The notes under the pieces: generated by a model
The model's database searches: none
What the model was told of the DNA's origin: nothing
Seen by the model: only the letters and a program-made list of their open reading frames with translations
Made by a program: the position numbers and the translations under genes
From: Octopus sinensis
Lineage: Eukaryota
Direction: 5' to 3'
NCBI RefSeq assembly: GCF_006345805.1
Contig: NC_042998.1
Location: forward strand, 117,552,001-117,616,000
Length of the DNA: 64,000 nucleotides
Shown: piece by piece, positions 1 through 14,009 of the stretch
How positions within the stretch are numbered: position 1 is the stretch's first letter
How the letters are laid out: each line of letters starts with the position of its first letter

Positions 1-520
1 ATGCTCAAGTGTTGGTTAATGAATCGACAACTGAACAATGATGTAGTTGCATTTTCTCTACAACGTTGTCGTGCTTTAGCAAATGAAGCCATCCACGAAA
101 AATGTCGCTTCCCTAAAGTCTCTCGGAGATGCGTGTCAAGAGAGCTTACTGAGGTGCATAATTGCAAGCCTCTGGAGATCTGTTAAAGCTTACTCAACCG
201 CTACAACAAAGAAGCGAACCTTTTTTCGAGAGAATAGTTACAGGAGATGAGAGTTGGGTCTATCAAGTTCGTCCGGAATCTAAGAAGAAATGTATGGCGA
301 GTAATTCCCGGAATCGCCATCGAGAAAGACATTCAAGGTCAGCCTTCACAGAAAAAAAGTAATGTTCCCCATTTTGGGAGACCTATACTGAGACATTAAC
401 TAGAAAAGTTATCTATAAGCACCAGTGTAGGCTACAGTGAAGTACTGGCCAAGAAGCTTAAATCAGCAGCTCGCTCCAAGTGTCGAACTCTGTCGTCAAG
501 TCAAGTTTTATTCTTGTGTC
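1..520 (+). mobile_element. Decayed mariner (DD34D) transposase fragment
   Basis: Across frameshifts it reads KVSRRCVSRELT (WVPREL-like), then RIVTGDESWVYQ (first catalytic D motif), then KLKSAARSKCRTLSSSQVLF. No TIR seen; it runs off the window start. Confidence 0.85.
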
Positions 521-1851
521 ACATTACATACACATTTTAATACATTCTTACGTAAAATATATCTTAATTCCTCAAATTTATAGCCTTTCGACTCATAAGA
601 GTTCTTATCTCGTATGTATATTAAAGGAATGTATGAAACCACGAGAGTGGAATGAGATAAGTTAGAATGGGCATCACGAATGAACTTATAAGCAATCTAA
701 AGAAAATTAATTCATTACATTATATCGCTAAAACACATGCTGCATATAGCAGGAAGGCAGCATAATATTTGAATCTTCATATACATAGCTCAGTTCAGAT
801 TGGGCAAAAGTAGGTTTACCGGAAATATAGTATGCGAAAAGTGCGAGATGAGATAAACACTTATTAACTATAAAAACAGAAAAGAATTAATAACCCCAGT
901 CCATAAATATTCATAAAGGACGAAATCACACTAAATAATATGCGGAGAGTTTATTAATTTATGAATTTTAAATAATCCCCAAAATAAATTATTCCAGTCG
1001 ATGATCTGTTTTAGCAAGGATTTTGATTGAAATTTTATACTAATAAAGTTACCTAAACAAATTTTTCAACAGCTGTGTCCTAAAATATATAAACATATCT
1101 GCAACATCCATGTCATTGCCGTAAGTAGTTACTTGTCCCCCCCCCCCAAAAAAAAACACACACCATAGACTGCTCTTATGTGAATAGAACTCCACACAAA
1201 ACATTACGGTATAATATTTAGTAACATTATACTTAGCAACTTAACGCCATGACAATTAATTGCATTTGTGGTATAAATATATCTACTCCGGTTTGCAGAT
1301 CAATTATTCAGCCTCACTATAATTGCAGCAATCAACAAGATCTCTACGCAAACCCTTTTTTTCCAGTGACATAAATTACTTACGGAATCAAACCTACATA
1401 TTAATAATTACAGGTCAACTGACAGCTAACAATGATTATCCCGGCCACAGTGATACTTATTATCTTATAAAATATTAAAATATCTTATCTGCAAAAGTAA
1501 AGGATAACTTCTTAATACAAAGCCTAATTATCTTTTTCAATTTTCCGTTTCATAACGCGTGCATGGATACTAGAGTGTCCATGCAAGAGTTATTATATAA
1601 ACTGGAATAAATACCGTTACCATTCTTCATTGAGACATACTTACTTGAATGTTTCCAAATGCAATATGTAAAACGTTATATGTGTGAGTGTGTGCTTGTG
1701 TGTATTTATGTATATGTGCAGATTTGTGTATGATTATGATTGAGCCATCAAAAGCTATGACAACATGTATCCAAAAGTAATTGTGTATACGCACACTTAC
1801 AGACGCAAGCACAACCTTACGCACACACACACACACATATATATATATATG

Positions 1852-1891
<40 letters not shown>

Positions 1892-1905
1892 TATATATAT
1901 ATATA

Positions 1906-1957
<52 letters not shown>

Positions 1958-2570
1958 GACAACCACACACACACACATATGTGCATACACATATACATAT
2001 ACGAAGTTATATATACTTATAGGCGTGTGTGCACGCGCGTGTATGTGTGTACGCGTAAAATATTAAAATTAGAGAAAAGTTTAATCTTCTATATTAATGG
2101 TTTCTGATATCGCGTGTCTAAAATTTAATTTGAAATTTGAACATTAACCCCTTAAATTTCGATGATTGTCACAGGTTTAATTTTAATCGAATTGATAACA
2201 GGTAACAAGTAGTCATATTTTTTTTTTACATGGGGAGAAAGAAGTAATGGGAATTAATTTTGGATTATGGGAATTACTGAAAAATTTAAAATCGATTAAC
2301 ATTCAGCTCCCTGGTACATTCTTACTTATTTCATCGTGTGCTGTAATACCGGTATTTATTAATAATTGATTATGTTTTAAATGTTTTCATTTTGGGATTT
2401 TGCTGTGGAGACGTACGTTGCATACTGCTATGAGGTATTATTTTCTCAATTTGTGTGTGTAGTGTGTATGTGGCTGTGCATTTTTTTGTGTGCGTGGCGT
2501 GTATATATATATATATATATATACATATATATATAGGTGAGAAAGTTGGTGTGTGAAAGCACGTGGTTGA

Positions 2571-2814
2571 ATATATAGAAAATAGTAAAAAGTGAAAAAA
2601 CTACAGAAGGCTTGTTTTAAAAGGTTAAAAAATATATTTGAGTCATTATGTCAGAAGAATGTTATAACATTTTTTTCATACAGTGACATAGCTTTTGGTC
2701 ACTGTAGGAAAAATATTTTATAACATTCTTCTGACATAATGACTCAAATATATTTTTTGACCTTTTAAAACAAGCCTTCTGTAGTTTTTTCACTTTTTAC
2801 TATTTTCTATATAT
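2571..2814. repeat. Near-perfect fold-back palindrome (117-bp arms, 10-nt loop)
   Basis: 2571-2687 is the reverse complement of 2698-2814 with 4 mismatches by manual alignment; loop ATAGCTTTTG; (TA)n lies nearby on both sides. Confidence 0.95.
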
Positions 2815-2999
2815 ATATATATAATTTAAAGGACTGACCACTAAAAGTGGACGGTCAACATGCTAGATATTGACGTCAAATCGCTATTTTCCACAAAGAA
2901 TATGTTCACAAATAAAAACTCAGCACAAACCAAAGCATTGTTTTTTAATATGCTGGGCGACTGGTTTTAATTGATTAATATCAATTTTTACCCTTATTA

Positions 3000-3030
<31 letters not shown>

Positions 3031-3031
<1 letters not shown>

Positions 3032-3162
3032 TTGCGCCATTTCTAAGCCTAGCCAGGCTCATGCACCCGGTTTGCCTGGTTCTGTGGTGTATGTGTTCCC
3101 CCGAAACGCCAGTCTATCGCAGCATTACTCAAGAAACGGGAAGAGAGAGTGAGAGAAAGAGT
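3031..3162 (-). mobile_element. 3' part of a tRNA-derived SINE (octopus OR2-like)
   Basis: The reverse complement carries CTTTCTCTCACTCTCTCTTCCCGTTTCT, shared with the SINE at 31615-31992, followed by a different 3' module. Truncated where the RTE LINE begins. Confidence 0.7.
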
Positions 3163-3169
3163 CTTTTAA

Positions 3170-6100
3170 TCTATAAAATCTGGACGGAACTTAAACATTT
3201 CATGTTGGATTGTGCGTATTCTGTTGGCCAACAGGAATGATTGCAGGCCTGAAAGACGCACTGCACTTGTTGCTCGTGAGCTGAACCGTTATAAAATTGA
3301 TATAGCTGCACTCTCAGATACTCGTATAGAAGGTGATGGTCAGCTTGAGGAAGTAGGAGGCGGATACACCTCTTTTTGGAAAGGAAGGTAGAAGGAGGAG
3401 CGCAGAGAGGCTGGTGTTGGTTTTGCAGTCCGATCTGTTATCCTGAAGAAGTTGGAAGAGCTCCCTGTTCCTATAAATGAACGTATAATAACCCTACGGT
3501 TGCACTTGAAAGGTAAGCGGTTTGCTACTCTAATAAGTGCCTATGCACCTACTTTGACTAGCTGTGATGAAGATAAAATAATCTTTTATACCCAGCTGAG
3601 AGCCATACTTAGAAAAATCCCCAATTCTGATAAAGTCATTCTACTGGGGGATTTTAATGCCAGAGTTGGAACAGACTGGCAAACATGGAACTCTCTAGGA
3701 CGTTTTGGAGTAGGGGAAATGAATAGCAATGGTCTCATGCTGTTGGAGCTTTGCGAAGAACATGGACTTTACATTGCAATTACTCATTTTGTGCACAAAG
3801 GTGATCACACAACAGCATGGATGAATCCAAGGTCCAAAGTTTGGCACTTGCTGGATTACGTCATCATCCGCAAGCGTGACATTTATGACATTTGTAATGT
3901 CAAGTCCTTGCATGGATCAGAATGCTGGACAGACCACAGTCTGGTGCGAGCAAAGTTCCGAATGGTGATTAAGGCGACAGAGAGAAGAGGACCAGTCAGA
4001 ATTCCTCGCCGTCTAAATATCCACAAGGTATATGACGTTGTGGTTAGGAAAGAGCTTCAGACTCGCTTGTCCAGCATTGAAACTGCTGCAGCATGGGAGG
4101 ATTTTCGAGACCAGATTGTTCAATGTGCAGCCGAAACACTGGGGTATGTTGCTGCCAGACACAGAGACTGGTTTAATGAGAATGATGCTGGAATTCAACG
4201 ACTATTAGTGATGAAGCGCCATGCCCACAGTGTGTTGCTGCACAGAGAACTGTCTACTGTGCAGCGAAGTCTAGAACTTGCCCACTATAACAGTGTAAAA
4301 TCACGACTGCAGCGATCTCTCAGGAAGATGCAGAACACTTGGTGGGAGGATCTTGCTCGTGATGTTCAGGCTGCTGCTGATGCAAATGACAGCAAGAAGC
4401 TTTACCATCTTATGAAGCGAGCTTATGGACCTAAGAGCTCCACATCAGCTCCTTTGCTTTCCAAGGAGTCTTCCACTCTGTTTACTAAATCAACAGAAAT
4501 CACAGGTCGCTGGATCGAACACTTCTCTGAACTCCTAAACCATGAGTCAGTTGTGGATGAAACAGTGATTGATACTATGAAACAAAGACCTATCATTGAC
4601 TCTTTAGACTCCTCGCCATCAATACATGAAGTAATGACATCAATAAGTAAATTGAATCTTGGTAGGGCACCTGGAAAGGATGGAATTTGTGCCGAGGTTT
4701 TGCGATTTGGTGGTAATTGCATCACACAGTCCCTTCATGAACTTATTAGTGCAGTCTGGAGGGATGGTGCAATCCCTAAGGACTGGAAGGATGCAATTAT
4801 TCTTCCTCTATGTAAAGGAAAAGGAGCCAGAACAATGTGTGGTAACTACAGAGGTATTGCTCTACTATCAGCTGCTGGCAAGGTTCTGGCAAATATTCTT
4901 CTTACCCGTTTGAATGGGTGTCTCGTAAATGATGTCATATCTGCATTTCAATGTGGCTTCCGATCTGGTAGAGGGACAATGGATATGATTTTCACAGCAA
5001 GACAGATGCAGGAGAAGTGCTATGAGCAGAATATGGATCTTGTCCAGGTATTCATTGATTTAACTAAGGCCTTTGATACTGTAAATAGGGCCTTTCTATG
5101 GAAAATACTTGGCAAACTTGGATGTCCGGATCATTTTTTATCTATAATTAAGTCATTTCATGATGGGATGGAGGCTTGGGTCAATGTTGGTGGTGCCATG
5201 GCGGGACCCATTCCTGTAGAGAATGGTGTCAAGCAGGGTGACATCCTTGCTCCAACTATCTTTTCTTTGTACTTTGCTGCTGCTTTTACTCATGATTTTG
5301 CTAAGGTTAGCTCTCTGGGAATATATGTCAGATATCGATCTTCTGGCCGCCTCTTTAATCTTCGCCGATTTGCTGCCAATTCAAAGGTTTTTCAGTCTAT
5401 TATTCGTGACCTCCTTTATGCAGATGATTGTGACTTAGTCACTCATACAGTGGATGACATGCAAATACTCATGAATTACATTTCTGCTTCTTGCAGGGAT
5501 TTTGGACTCAGCATTAGCCTGGACAAGACTGTTGTAATGTTCAAGCCTGCACCAGGAAATCCATATATAGAACCAGCTATCTTGGTTGAAGGAACAATTC
5601 TGAAGGTAGTAGACAAGTTTGTCTACCTGGGTAGCACACTCAGCTGTTCTTGCTCCCTGGATGAGGAAATATCTTTCAGGTTGCAGAGAGCAACTAATTC
5701 CTTCCGGTCTCTTCAGTCTCGTGTCTGGTCCCAACATGGCATCGCAAGGAGAACAAAAGTTGCTGTGTACCGTGCTTGTGTACTGACATCGCTTCTCTAC
5801 TCATGTGAGACATGAACTCTGTACAAACGTCAGGTAAGGGTCCTTGAACGTTTTCGTCAGAGATGTCTCAGACACATTCTCAATGTTGGCTGGACCTCAA
5901 AAATTCCAGACACACAGATCCTGAGGACAGCTGATATCTTGAGTATTGAGGCGATGGTACACAAGCACCGGTTGCGTTGGACTGGACACCTTATTAGCAT
6001 GGAGGATAGAAGGATTCCTAAGCAGATGCTCTATGGAGAACTTGTGAATGGAAGGAGACTCCGGCAGAAACCAAGGCTACGATTTAAGGACTGTGTCAAG

Positions 6101-6429
6101 TTAAAGGCTTTTGATATACAGGACACTGACTGGGAGAACAATGCCTGTCATCGCCACAGATGGAGGAAGCAGGTCAAGGAGGGGATCGACACTTTTACGA
6201 GAGCACGTATCCAGCATGAAGAACTTAAGCGAGCGGCGCGAAAGCGCACGGCTCGTATAGTGAATGGGGAAAGCTTGGTCTGCAACGTTTGCAGTCGTGT
6301 ATGCTTGTCAAGAGCAGGGCTCATTAGCCACCAACTGAGCCGCAAATGCAAAATATAAGTTAGTGCTAGAGCGCACAATGTTCCTGAAAGTCGGCAATGG
6401 TCTTCCTCGGTCACGAGTGGACGGCCATC

Positions 6430-6430
<1 letters not shown>
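3170..6430 (+). mobile_element. Nearly full-length RTE-clade LINE (APE endonuclease + RT + C-terminal C2H2 finger)
   Basis: One frame runs 3170-6358: LNISCWIVRIL, RPERRTALVARELNRYKIDIAALSDTR, GDFNARVG, TDHSLV (APE); NYRGIALL, FIDLTKAFD, GVKQGDILAP, YADD, FVYLGS (RT); LRWTGH; CNVCSRVCLSRAGLISH. Only two stops (TAG 3389-3391, TGA 5813-5815). A short 3' UTR ends at (TA)n. Confidence 0.97.
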
Positions 6431-6471
<41 letters not shown>

Positions 6472-6537
6472 ATATGTATGTATGTATGTATGTATGTATA
6501 TATATATATATATATATAATATATATATTATATATAT

Positions 6538-6579
<42 letters not shown>

Positions 6580-6584
6580 ATTAT

Positions 6585-6616
<32 letters not shown>

Positions 6617-6640
6617 CATACATATACATATATATATATG
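6431..6640. repeat. Representative (TA)n/(TG)n/(TATG)n microsatellite block (dozens occur across the window)
   Basis: Direct reading. Similar blocks occur near 1.85, 7.3, 9.35, 13.2, 13.5, 21.9-22.7, 23.8, 28.9, 31.5, 33.0, 49.5, 50.7, 53.5, 53.9, 62.4 and 63.5 kb. Confidence 0.98.
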
Positions 6641-7301
6641 TAAAATGCTCCCTAATCTATAAGCTACGTTTTCATTTGTTTGATTTATGTGTCTTGAAGT
6701 TCTTTTATGGTTGCATCAAAATTAGTATGCTGCAATAGTTATGTATACAAAGATCTTCGATTAGTACTTTTTTGTTTTCTCATGCTGAGATTTTTAATTC
6801 TGGTGAGTGTGTACCATATTCTGAAAGTCACCTCCTTGTTATGTAAGAGATATATACGTATTATGATGTTATAAACACTCGCGCGCGCGTGTGTGTTTGT
6901 TTATATGCGCACTTCTTTATGACTATGTGTGTGTGTTTTTGTGTGATTGTCGGCATACACATAAACCACGTGTTTCAAAGCAAGTAACATCAAAGGGAAT
7001 ATAAGTTATTTAGTTTCTACGAATCTCATTATTGGTAACAACTAATGGACATTATATTTTTGATGTAGTTATCATATTTGACACTAGAAATGAATTCATT
7101 AGTAAGTTATAGGATAACGGATATTTACATATTATATTTTTCTCTGCATCAATATCCGATTTCATAAATATTTACATGAAAGAAATAATCAGTTTTTGTC
7201 TGTTTATAGTATTTTTGTATGTTAACCGCAGACCTTTTATCAAAAGATTTTACTTGTAAATATACCATATATACACGCTGAGAGACGCAAATAAGCACAA
7301 G

Positions 7302-7368
<67 letters not shown>

Positions 7369-7411
7369 AATGTATTCATACATGTATATGTGTACGTATA
7401 TAAATATATAT

Positions 7412-7474
<63 letters not shown>

Positions 7475-7577
7475 CATATATATATATACACACACACACA
7501 TATGTGTGTGTCTGTGTGTGGATATGCATATTTCTATATGCGCGTGTGTATTTATATGAATATAGACAGACACATGC

Positions 7578-7626
<49 letters not shown>

Positions 7627-8191
7627 GTCTGCATTCATGTATATGGCTGCTTATGAAGGCATGTGTTAAGGACTGGCAGTCTGAAACTAAAATTATTGTA
7701 AACGATTAATGCGCTTTGTTCTTTACTTTTTAAGAGTAGTTTACCCCGATAGTTTGGTACGGTAATTCTATGGAGTTAGATTTTTTTTAAAACGCCGATT
7801 ATATGATAATCATAATATAATTCTAATTTTACTGACTATATCTAAATTCATGTAATATTCATATAATATATTATAAAAAATTTTGACAGAATTTAATTAG
7901 GTTTGCCTATATAATTATATTTTGCGACATAAAAATTAATATACTCATACAGATTAAATAATATTTTTAAGATAATTAGTTTGAAACTTAGGCGACAGAA
8001 ATCAATTTGTTAATTATTACTGCATGCAAAATGTACACGGTCGTAATTTACAATACGAATGAAAATCAACTCTCAAAATAAACCACCTGCATAAACATGG
8101 AAAGATGATGAGCTAATGGCATAGGTCTTTCTGAAATGGGCGCAAATCATCGATTATGCAGAGTAAAAGGCAAATTGCATTACTCCAACTA

Positions 8192-8660
8192 TAGTAATCC
8201 CTCGCCTATCGTGGGTGTTACGTTGCACCACCACCGCTTCCGATAGTTGAAACTCCGCGAAGTAGACACAATTCTGTTCTGCATATTTTTAATGTTATTT
8301 TTATAAGTTGTATATATTTATTTTATTATAAATGCAAAAGAACACCACACAGTTGCCTCCAGAGTTTCGTTTTCCATACTATGTGCGATTCATTGTTTAC
8401 TCATCTACGGTACACTAGGTATTTTGTTTTAATACATTTTAATTAATGAGTTATACAGTGCAGTACTGTACTCTATTTTTATTTATTAGCTTTTAGGCAT
8501 GAAAATGCATATTTTACCACAGAAATAATTAAAAGCTAAAAACATGTAAATACCTATCGACCGCAGAAACCCGCGATATAAATTAACATATATTAGTAAG
8601 AAAAAATCATGATGTACTGAGGGCACGATAGGTGAACCACGATATGGCGAGTGATTACTA
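8192..8660. mobile_element. Non-autonomous pogo/Tigger-like MITE with TIRs and TA TSD
   Basis: Left end TAGTAATCCCTCGCCTATCGTGGGT; right end reverse complement TAGTAATCACTCGCCATATCGTGGTT; TA at 8190-8191 and 8661-8662; no coding capacity. Confidence 0.85.
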
Positions 8661-9333
8661 TAATTTATTGGTGTTTATATCTTCAAACCCTGAAGAATTA
8701 CTAGCAAATTCAATCTTAGTACGATTTAACTTCAAAGAATCACTACCCGGGAAAAAATATCGGTCGGCTATTTGGTCATTTCAGTTTACAATTTTGCCAT
8801 ATCATCTTTCAAATGCAGATAAGATTTTCAGTGATGGATTACCTTTGACATAGTTTTGATAAGACAACTTTGGGCCTCAGAAGCACATACAGCAATATTC
8901 ATAATTAATACAAACAATTGACATCTATGCTTGTGTGTGTGTGTGTGTGTGTGAGTGTGCCTTTGTGGTCATATATACTAGCATCTGTGTATTGGCATAC
9001 GTTTCTGTTACATATCGTTGTTCTTTCTCGTCGATATTAATCAGAATATCAGGCATATCATCATTAATTCAATGAAGCGAAATCCTCATTTGTGATTATA
9101 TATAAGCCAATATAATTAACACTGTAACAGGTTTATTGTAAATCAACTTTCTGATAGGCAGTTAGTACATACATGTCTGTACGACACGTAACCGCCTATT
9201 TGTTTGCATGGTCTCAAAATGTGGCGGTGTTATATAAGTGCATTATACGTTAAATACAGTTGAACAGCTTTCTTTTATTGTACATGGAATAGGGGGAACT
9301 ATCCCTCTCTCCCCCATCGCTCTCTCTCTATCT

Positions 9334-9393
<60 letters not shown>

Positions 9394-11669
9394 TGGTATC
9401 GAGAAATGTGGCGCCTAGATTCGAGATTCACTGTAACTGATGCGAATAAAGTTTTTGAACTAAATAAGAGATGCATTTTAAACTACATCATACCGACGTT
9501 ACCTATCCAGATATCTTTTAAAGTGACATTCTTAGAAATGTTACATAATAAATTAATGGCATCGCTATTATTTCAGAACATCTTTGGAATATCATCTGCT
9601 TTTCAGCAAGCTAAATTGATTTTATAAAGCAAAATAATTATTTTGCTTAGCATGCAAGAATCCATATTTATCACGCAAACCAATAGTTTATTCCCGGAGA
9701 CAAACGTATTTAATTGCTTTTCCGATATCATTTTTGTTACTTTCTTTGATGGAGTTCATGCGTTTTGTAAACTTAGAAAGAAGTGAATATTTATATACAT
9801 GGCAGTCAATGCACTTGAGCATTTCATTGCAGGTGTAACGATTTACTTTCTAAGCACTAAAATGTATGTTCACATTCTGTATAAATAATGAGCATTTTGT
9901 AGATTGTGAAAACGCCCCTATACAAATGTGGATAATTTTTAAATCTAAAATTTATTTTGTATCTTAGTTGATAATGAATGTATTGTGTATTGTTTTTTTT
10001 TATTCTGATCACAATACATAACAAACAAGTCAGATATTTCTAAATATAAATTGATGAAATTATTGTCCGCATTACCATTGTAGGTATAAACTTAGTTCAG
10101 CGATAATATAAATAGCAATACAACATGCAAAGGGGCTATTGATAAACATAAACGTTTTATGAACATTTGGCCAACATCTTTGTATATATCATAACAGGAA
10201 ACAAGTATAACTACATATAGTTATAATTGAGGGTAGATAGCGAAGTGCAATTATTTGTTAGTGATATGGACCTATACGGAAAACATACTGAAACTAGTCA
10301 CATGTCATAAACAACAGCAAACGATTCACAGCATGTGTTAAGCTGATCCGATTCTTCAACCTATAATTTAATAGTACAGTATTACACATATTGAATTCAT
10401 TTGATCGCTAACTTGTCAATATTTTATATAAAAAGGATCCGTGGAAGATCTCTATCCCTCTGTTTCACGCTATATGTGTCATGTGAGTGTGCGTGTATGC
10501 GTTTGTTGCATATATGTGCGTATAATTATAAATATATGTATGAATAAAGACTATAAAAGTAAATGTTACTCTTTGATTAAACTTAAAATTGCTGATATAT
10601 ATCTGCAAAAACGTACCAGTATTGCATTTATTCTCTGCCGGAAATGATCCACTGTCTTCCAAATACAGATAAGAAACTTTTCTGAAATAATTGACATTTT
10701 CAGTTATAATCACGTTTCATGTTTTACCATCTATAATACTCTAGTATCCTAGCGACATTTCATTAATATATAAAGTGTATTGAAGAAATGAAAATGATGT
10801 TTTCTTTTTCTATTTTGCCTCCTGTTTTCGTAGAACATTCATATATCTTTATCTACTTCATGATTTTAGGGCCATGTGAGTATAAATCTTTTCAAATAAT
10901 TTTATGATAAATGTATTTTTGAACATTATATATCATCCAAATGTTATTAGATTCTAACTGAATTAGATGACTGTCTACGTGAACAACATGAATGCCTGCA
11001 ACATTTTAGTCGGTAAGGAGTAACCGGCGATGCATGTGATTTTGTCTAGTGGTATATGCTGTGAATATGCCTCTGTATACCATATATCCTGTCTTTTGAC
11101 AGTATGCTAATGCAGATTTATACTGTTAATTTTAATACATATTACCTAAGTATCTATGATATATTCTTTTATAATAAGGCATCTTACATATGTGTTCTAC
11201 AAATAGTCGGTCAACCACAAAATACCTTTTGATATTGAGATATTATATACAGTAATCTGCATACACCTCTATACATATGTATATTTGTAAATATATATAT
11301 ATATATATATATGCCTGTGCGTTTTTGTATATATATATATATATGTGTGTGTGTGAGTGTGTGTGTGTGTGTGTGTGTGTTGTGTGTGTGTGTGTGTATA
11401 CACACACACTTATATATATCCATTTGGGGAAACAAAAATTTAGAATGTGCAACGCGTAAAGCTATTAATAAGAGCTTGTATGTATTAGGTTCAAAACCAT
11501 TTAGATACAATTAATGTCGAAAGCTACCTTCGGAGCCTTTATCCCAAAGTTCTTTTCAAGGTAGTGTTTACACAAATACACATATATATGTACATATATG
11601 TAGATGTAAACTGTATTCTATTTTTTACATTTTAATCACTAGAATGCGATGATACTGGGGAACCATATT

Positions 11670-11820
11670 AAAGAGCGATAGTCCACACCAGTACTTCGCT
11701 TTTTATAAACCTGGTATTTATTCTATCGGTATTTTGAAGCGTCGCTAAATTACAGGGACGTAAACCCAACACCATTGCTGTTAAGCGGTGTTGGGGCGGG
11801 GCGCAAACACGGACGTAAAG
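11670..11820 (-). mobile_element. Diverged SINE 3' fragment (family of 22125-22510)
   Basis: CTGGTATTTATTCTATCGGT...GGGACGTAAAC...ACCATT aligns with 22220-22320. Confidence 0.6.
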
Positions 11821-11829
11821 GGACGTGTA

Positions 11830-12165
11830 TGAGAGATAAGATTTAAAAATGGTGTCATATTCAAAGTAAATGCAGATATGAACTGCAAGACGCAGAACGT
11901 CATATACTGCATAACCTGCCCCACATGCAAGGAGAATTACGTAGGAGAAACTGGTAATTCTTTGTGCCAGCGAGCCAGGATCCACCGACAACATATTCGG
12001 CAGGAAGAACTACGCAAAATACCACTAAGCACACACCTAGCTACATGCGGAGAAGGAAAATTTAAGATATTTCCCTTCTACAAGTGTCCGAAGAATGACA
12101 CCCCCTTCAGGAGGAATATGGAAAAACATTTCATAGCTAAGTTCTCCCCCAAATTAAATGGCTGA
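11830..12165 (+). mobile_element. Penelope-like element 3' fragment: GIY-YIG endonuclease with CCHH motif
   Basis: NVIYCITCPTCKENYVGETGNSLCQRARIHRQH...STH...MEKHFIAKFSPKLNG: GIY/YIG with an intervening CxxC, catalytic R and E, and two His residues. Followed by about 1 kb of microsatellite-rich tail. Confidence 0.92.
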
Positions 12166-13328
12166 AACTTTACTCAACATACATTGAAGGAAAAATCTGT
12201 GTGTGTGTAGATGTGTGTATTGCCTGTTATATACATCATATTATATTATTATCTTTAAATTCACTTCCATCTTTACCCTTTAATTGTCACTTTAGTTTTA
12301 ACTCTCCTATGACATACAACTTTCAAGATGGTATAATTTGGTTGTTCATTTTGAACCGATAAAAAGGTTTTTTCAAATATTTTATGTATAAGTCTGTGTG
12401 TGTGTATATATATGTGTTGGTATAAATATCAACACACAAAAATATTTTTTCTTCTCCACTTCCTCCCTTATTTTTATTTTTATTTTTATTTTTATTTTTT
12501 TATTTTTTATTCTTTATATTTTTATTTATTCTTTATATTTTTTTATTTTATTTTTTATTTTTTATTTTTTGTTTTTATTTTATTTTATTTTATTTTTTTA
12601 TTTTTTTAATTTTTTATTTTTATTATTATTATTTTTATTTTCCCTTTCTCTTTTTGTCTCTCTCCCCTTCTCCAAACACACAGACACACACACACACCAC
12701 ACACATACATACACACACACACACACCACACACACACACACACAAACACACACAGACACACACACACACCACACCTCCACAGAATGATCATAGAAAGTGT
12801 GACCCCAAATGACATTTGCCAGGCCAACCTATGCACAACACACACTCAGTGACATTGAAATGGACGGCCAAAGTTCTTATAAAACCACAGGGGGTCCAGC
12901 AGACCAACGGAAATAACACTTCTTCACTCTCAGATATAAATGCACACACCACACACACACACCACACACACACACACACATACACACATATTTTCTCTCT
13001 ATCTCACTTCCTCCTCACCCACTACTACGAAACTATAAAAAGGTTCAAACTACCCACAACTGATTTGATTTGAAAACCCACTAGAATGGGAGCAAGCGCT
13101 AATCCGAATGATATGATATATATGTAAAAAATGTAATATATAATAAATATCTACAAATATGAACCATCTGATCTGATTACCTCAATTTTTCTAATATATA
13201 TATATATATATTATATATATATATATATATACATTTATCAAAAATGAGTTTAAAATATATATACGTATCATTCATATATATATATATATAATATATATAT
13301 ATATATATTATATATATATTATATATAT

Positions 13329-13365
<37 letters not shown>

Positions 13366-13391
13366 ATAGATATATATATATTTTCTTTTAT

Positions 13392-13460
13392 ATGTTTCAG
13401 CCATCTCACTGCAGCCATGCCTGGGCACTACCTTTAAGCGAACGAATCAACCACAGGACA
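13392..13460 (-). mobile_element. Short SINE 3'-tail fragment
   Basis: TGTTTCAGCCAT...CTGCAGCCATGCCTGGGCACTACCTTTAA matches 22142-22190. Confidence 0.55.
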
Positions 13461-13463
13461 TAT

Positions 13464-13525
<62 letters not shown>

Positions 13526-13569
13526 GATAATAACACGAATGGCATATTCCATCTTCCGTCTTCCATTTG

Positions 13570-13631
<62 letters not shown>

Positions 13632-14009
13632 CATGCATACATATATAATTCTTAATAGGACAACAGACGTTGAGGCAACGCAAGAAAACATCTCAAGTCA
13701 TATGCATTATTATCAGAGGAAAACATATATTATGTCTTACAGATAGACCATGGGATATTTCGTCATAGGAGACACATAGGGAAAATGAGAAGAGTACAGA
13801 TTGATTAAATAATGAAATAATGTGAGGTTAAAGCAATAAGGAGATGAAGAAGGCGAAGAGAAAAGGAGCATAAAAGTTTATAGTTCAAATTTTTGATCTT
13901 GTAGAAATTTGAAAGTCCTTAGGTGCAATCTTGCGTTGGTCCATGTAGGTTAGCCCTGTTAGTGTAAAAACCCAGGAATAGAGGATTTCTTGCCCTCTTT
14001 AACAATCAT

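Noticed and set aside
1627-2022. YI/CV/HT-rich ORFs here and throughout the track
   Set aside because: These are translations of (TA)n, (TG)n and (CA)n microsatellites.
12460-12640. Hydrophobic F/I/L-rich ORFs resembling membrane proteins
   Set aside because: Translation of (TTTTA)n low-complexity DNA in the PLE tail.
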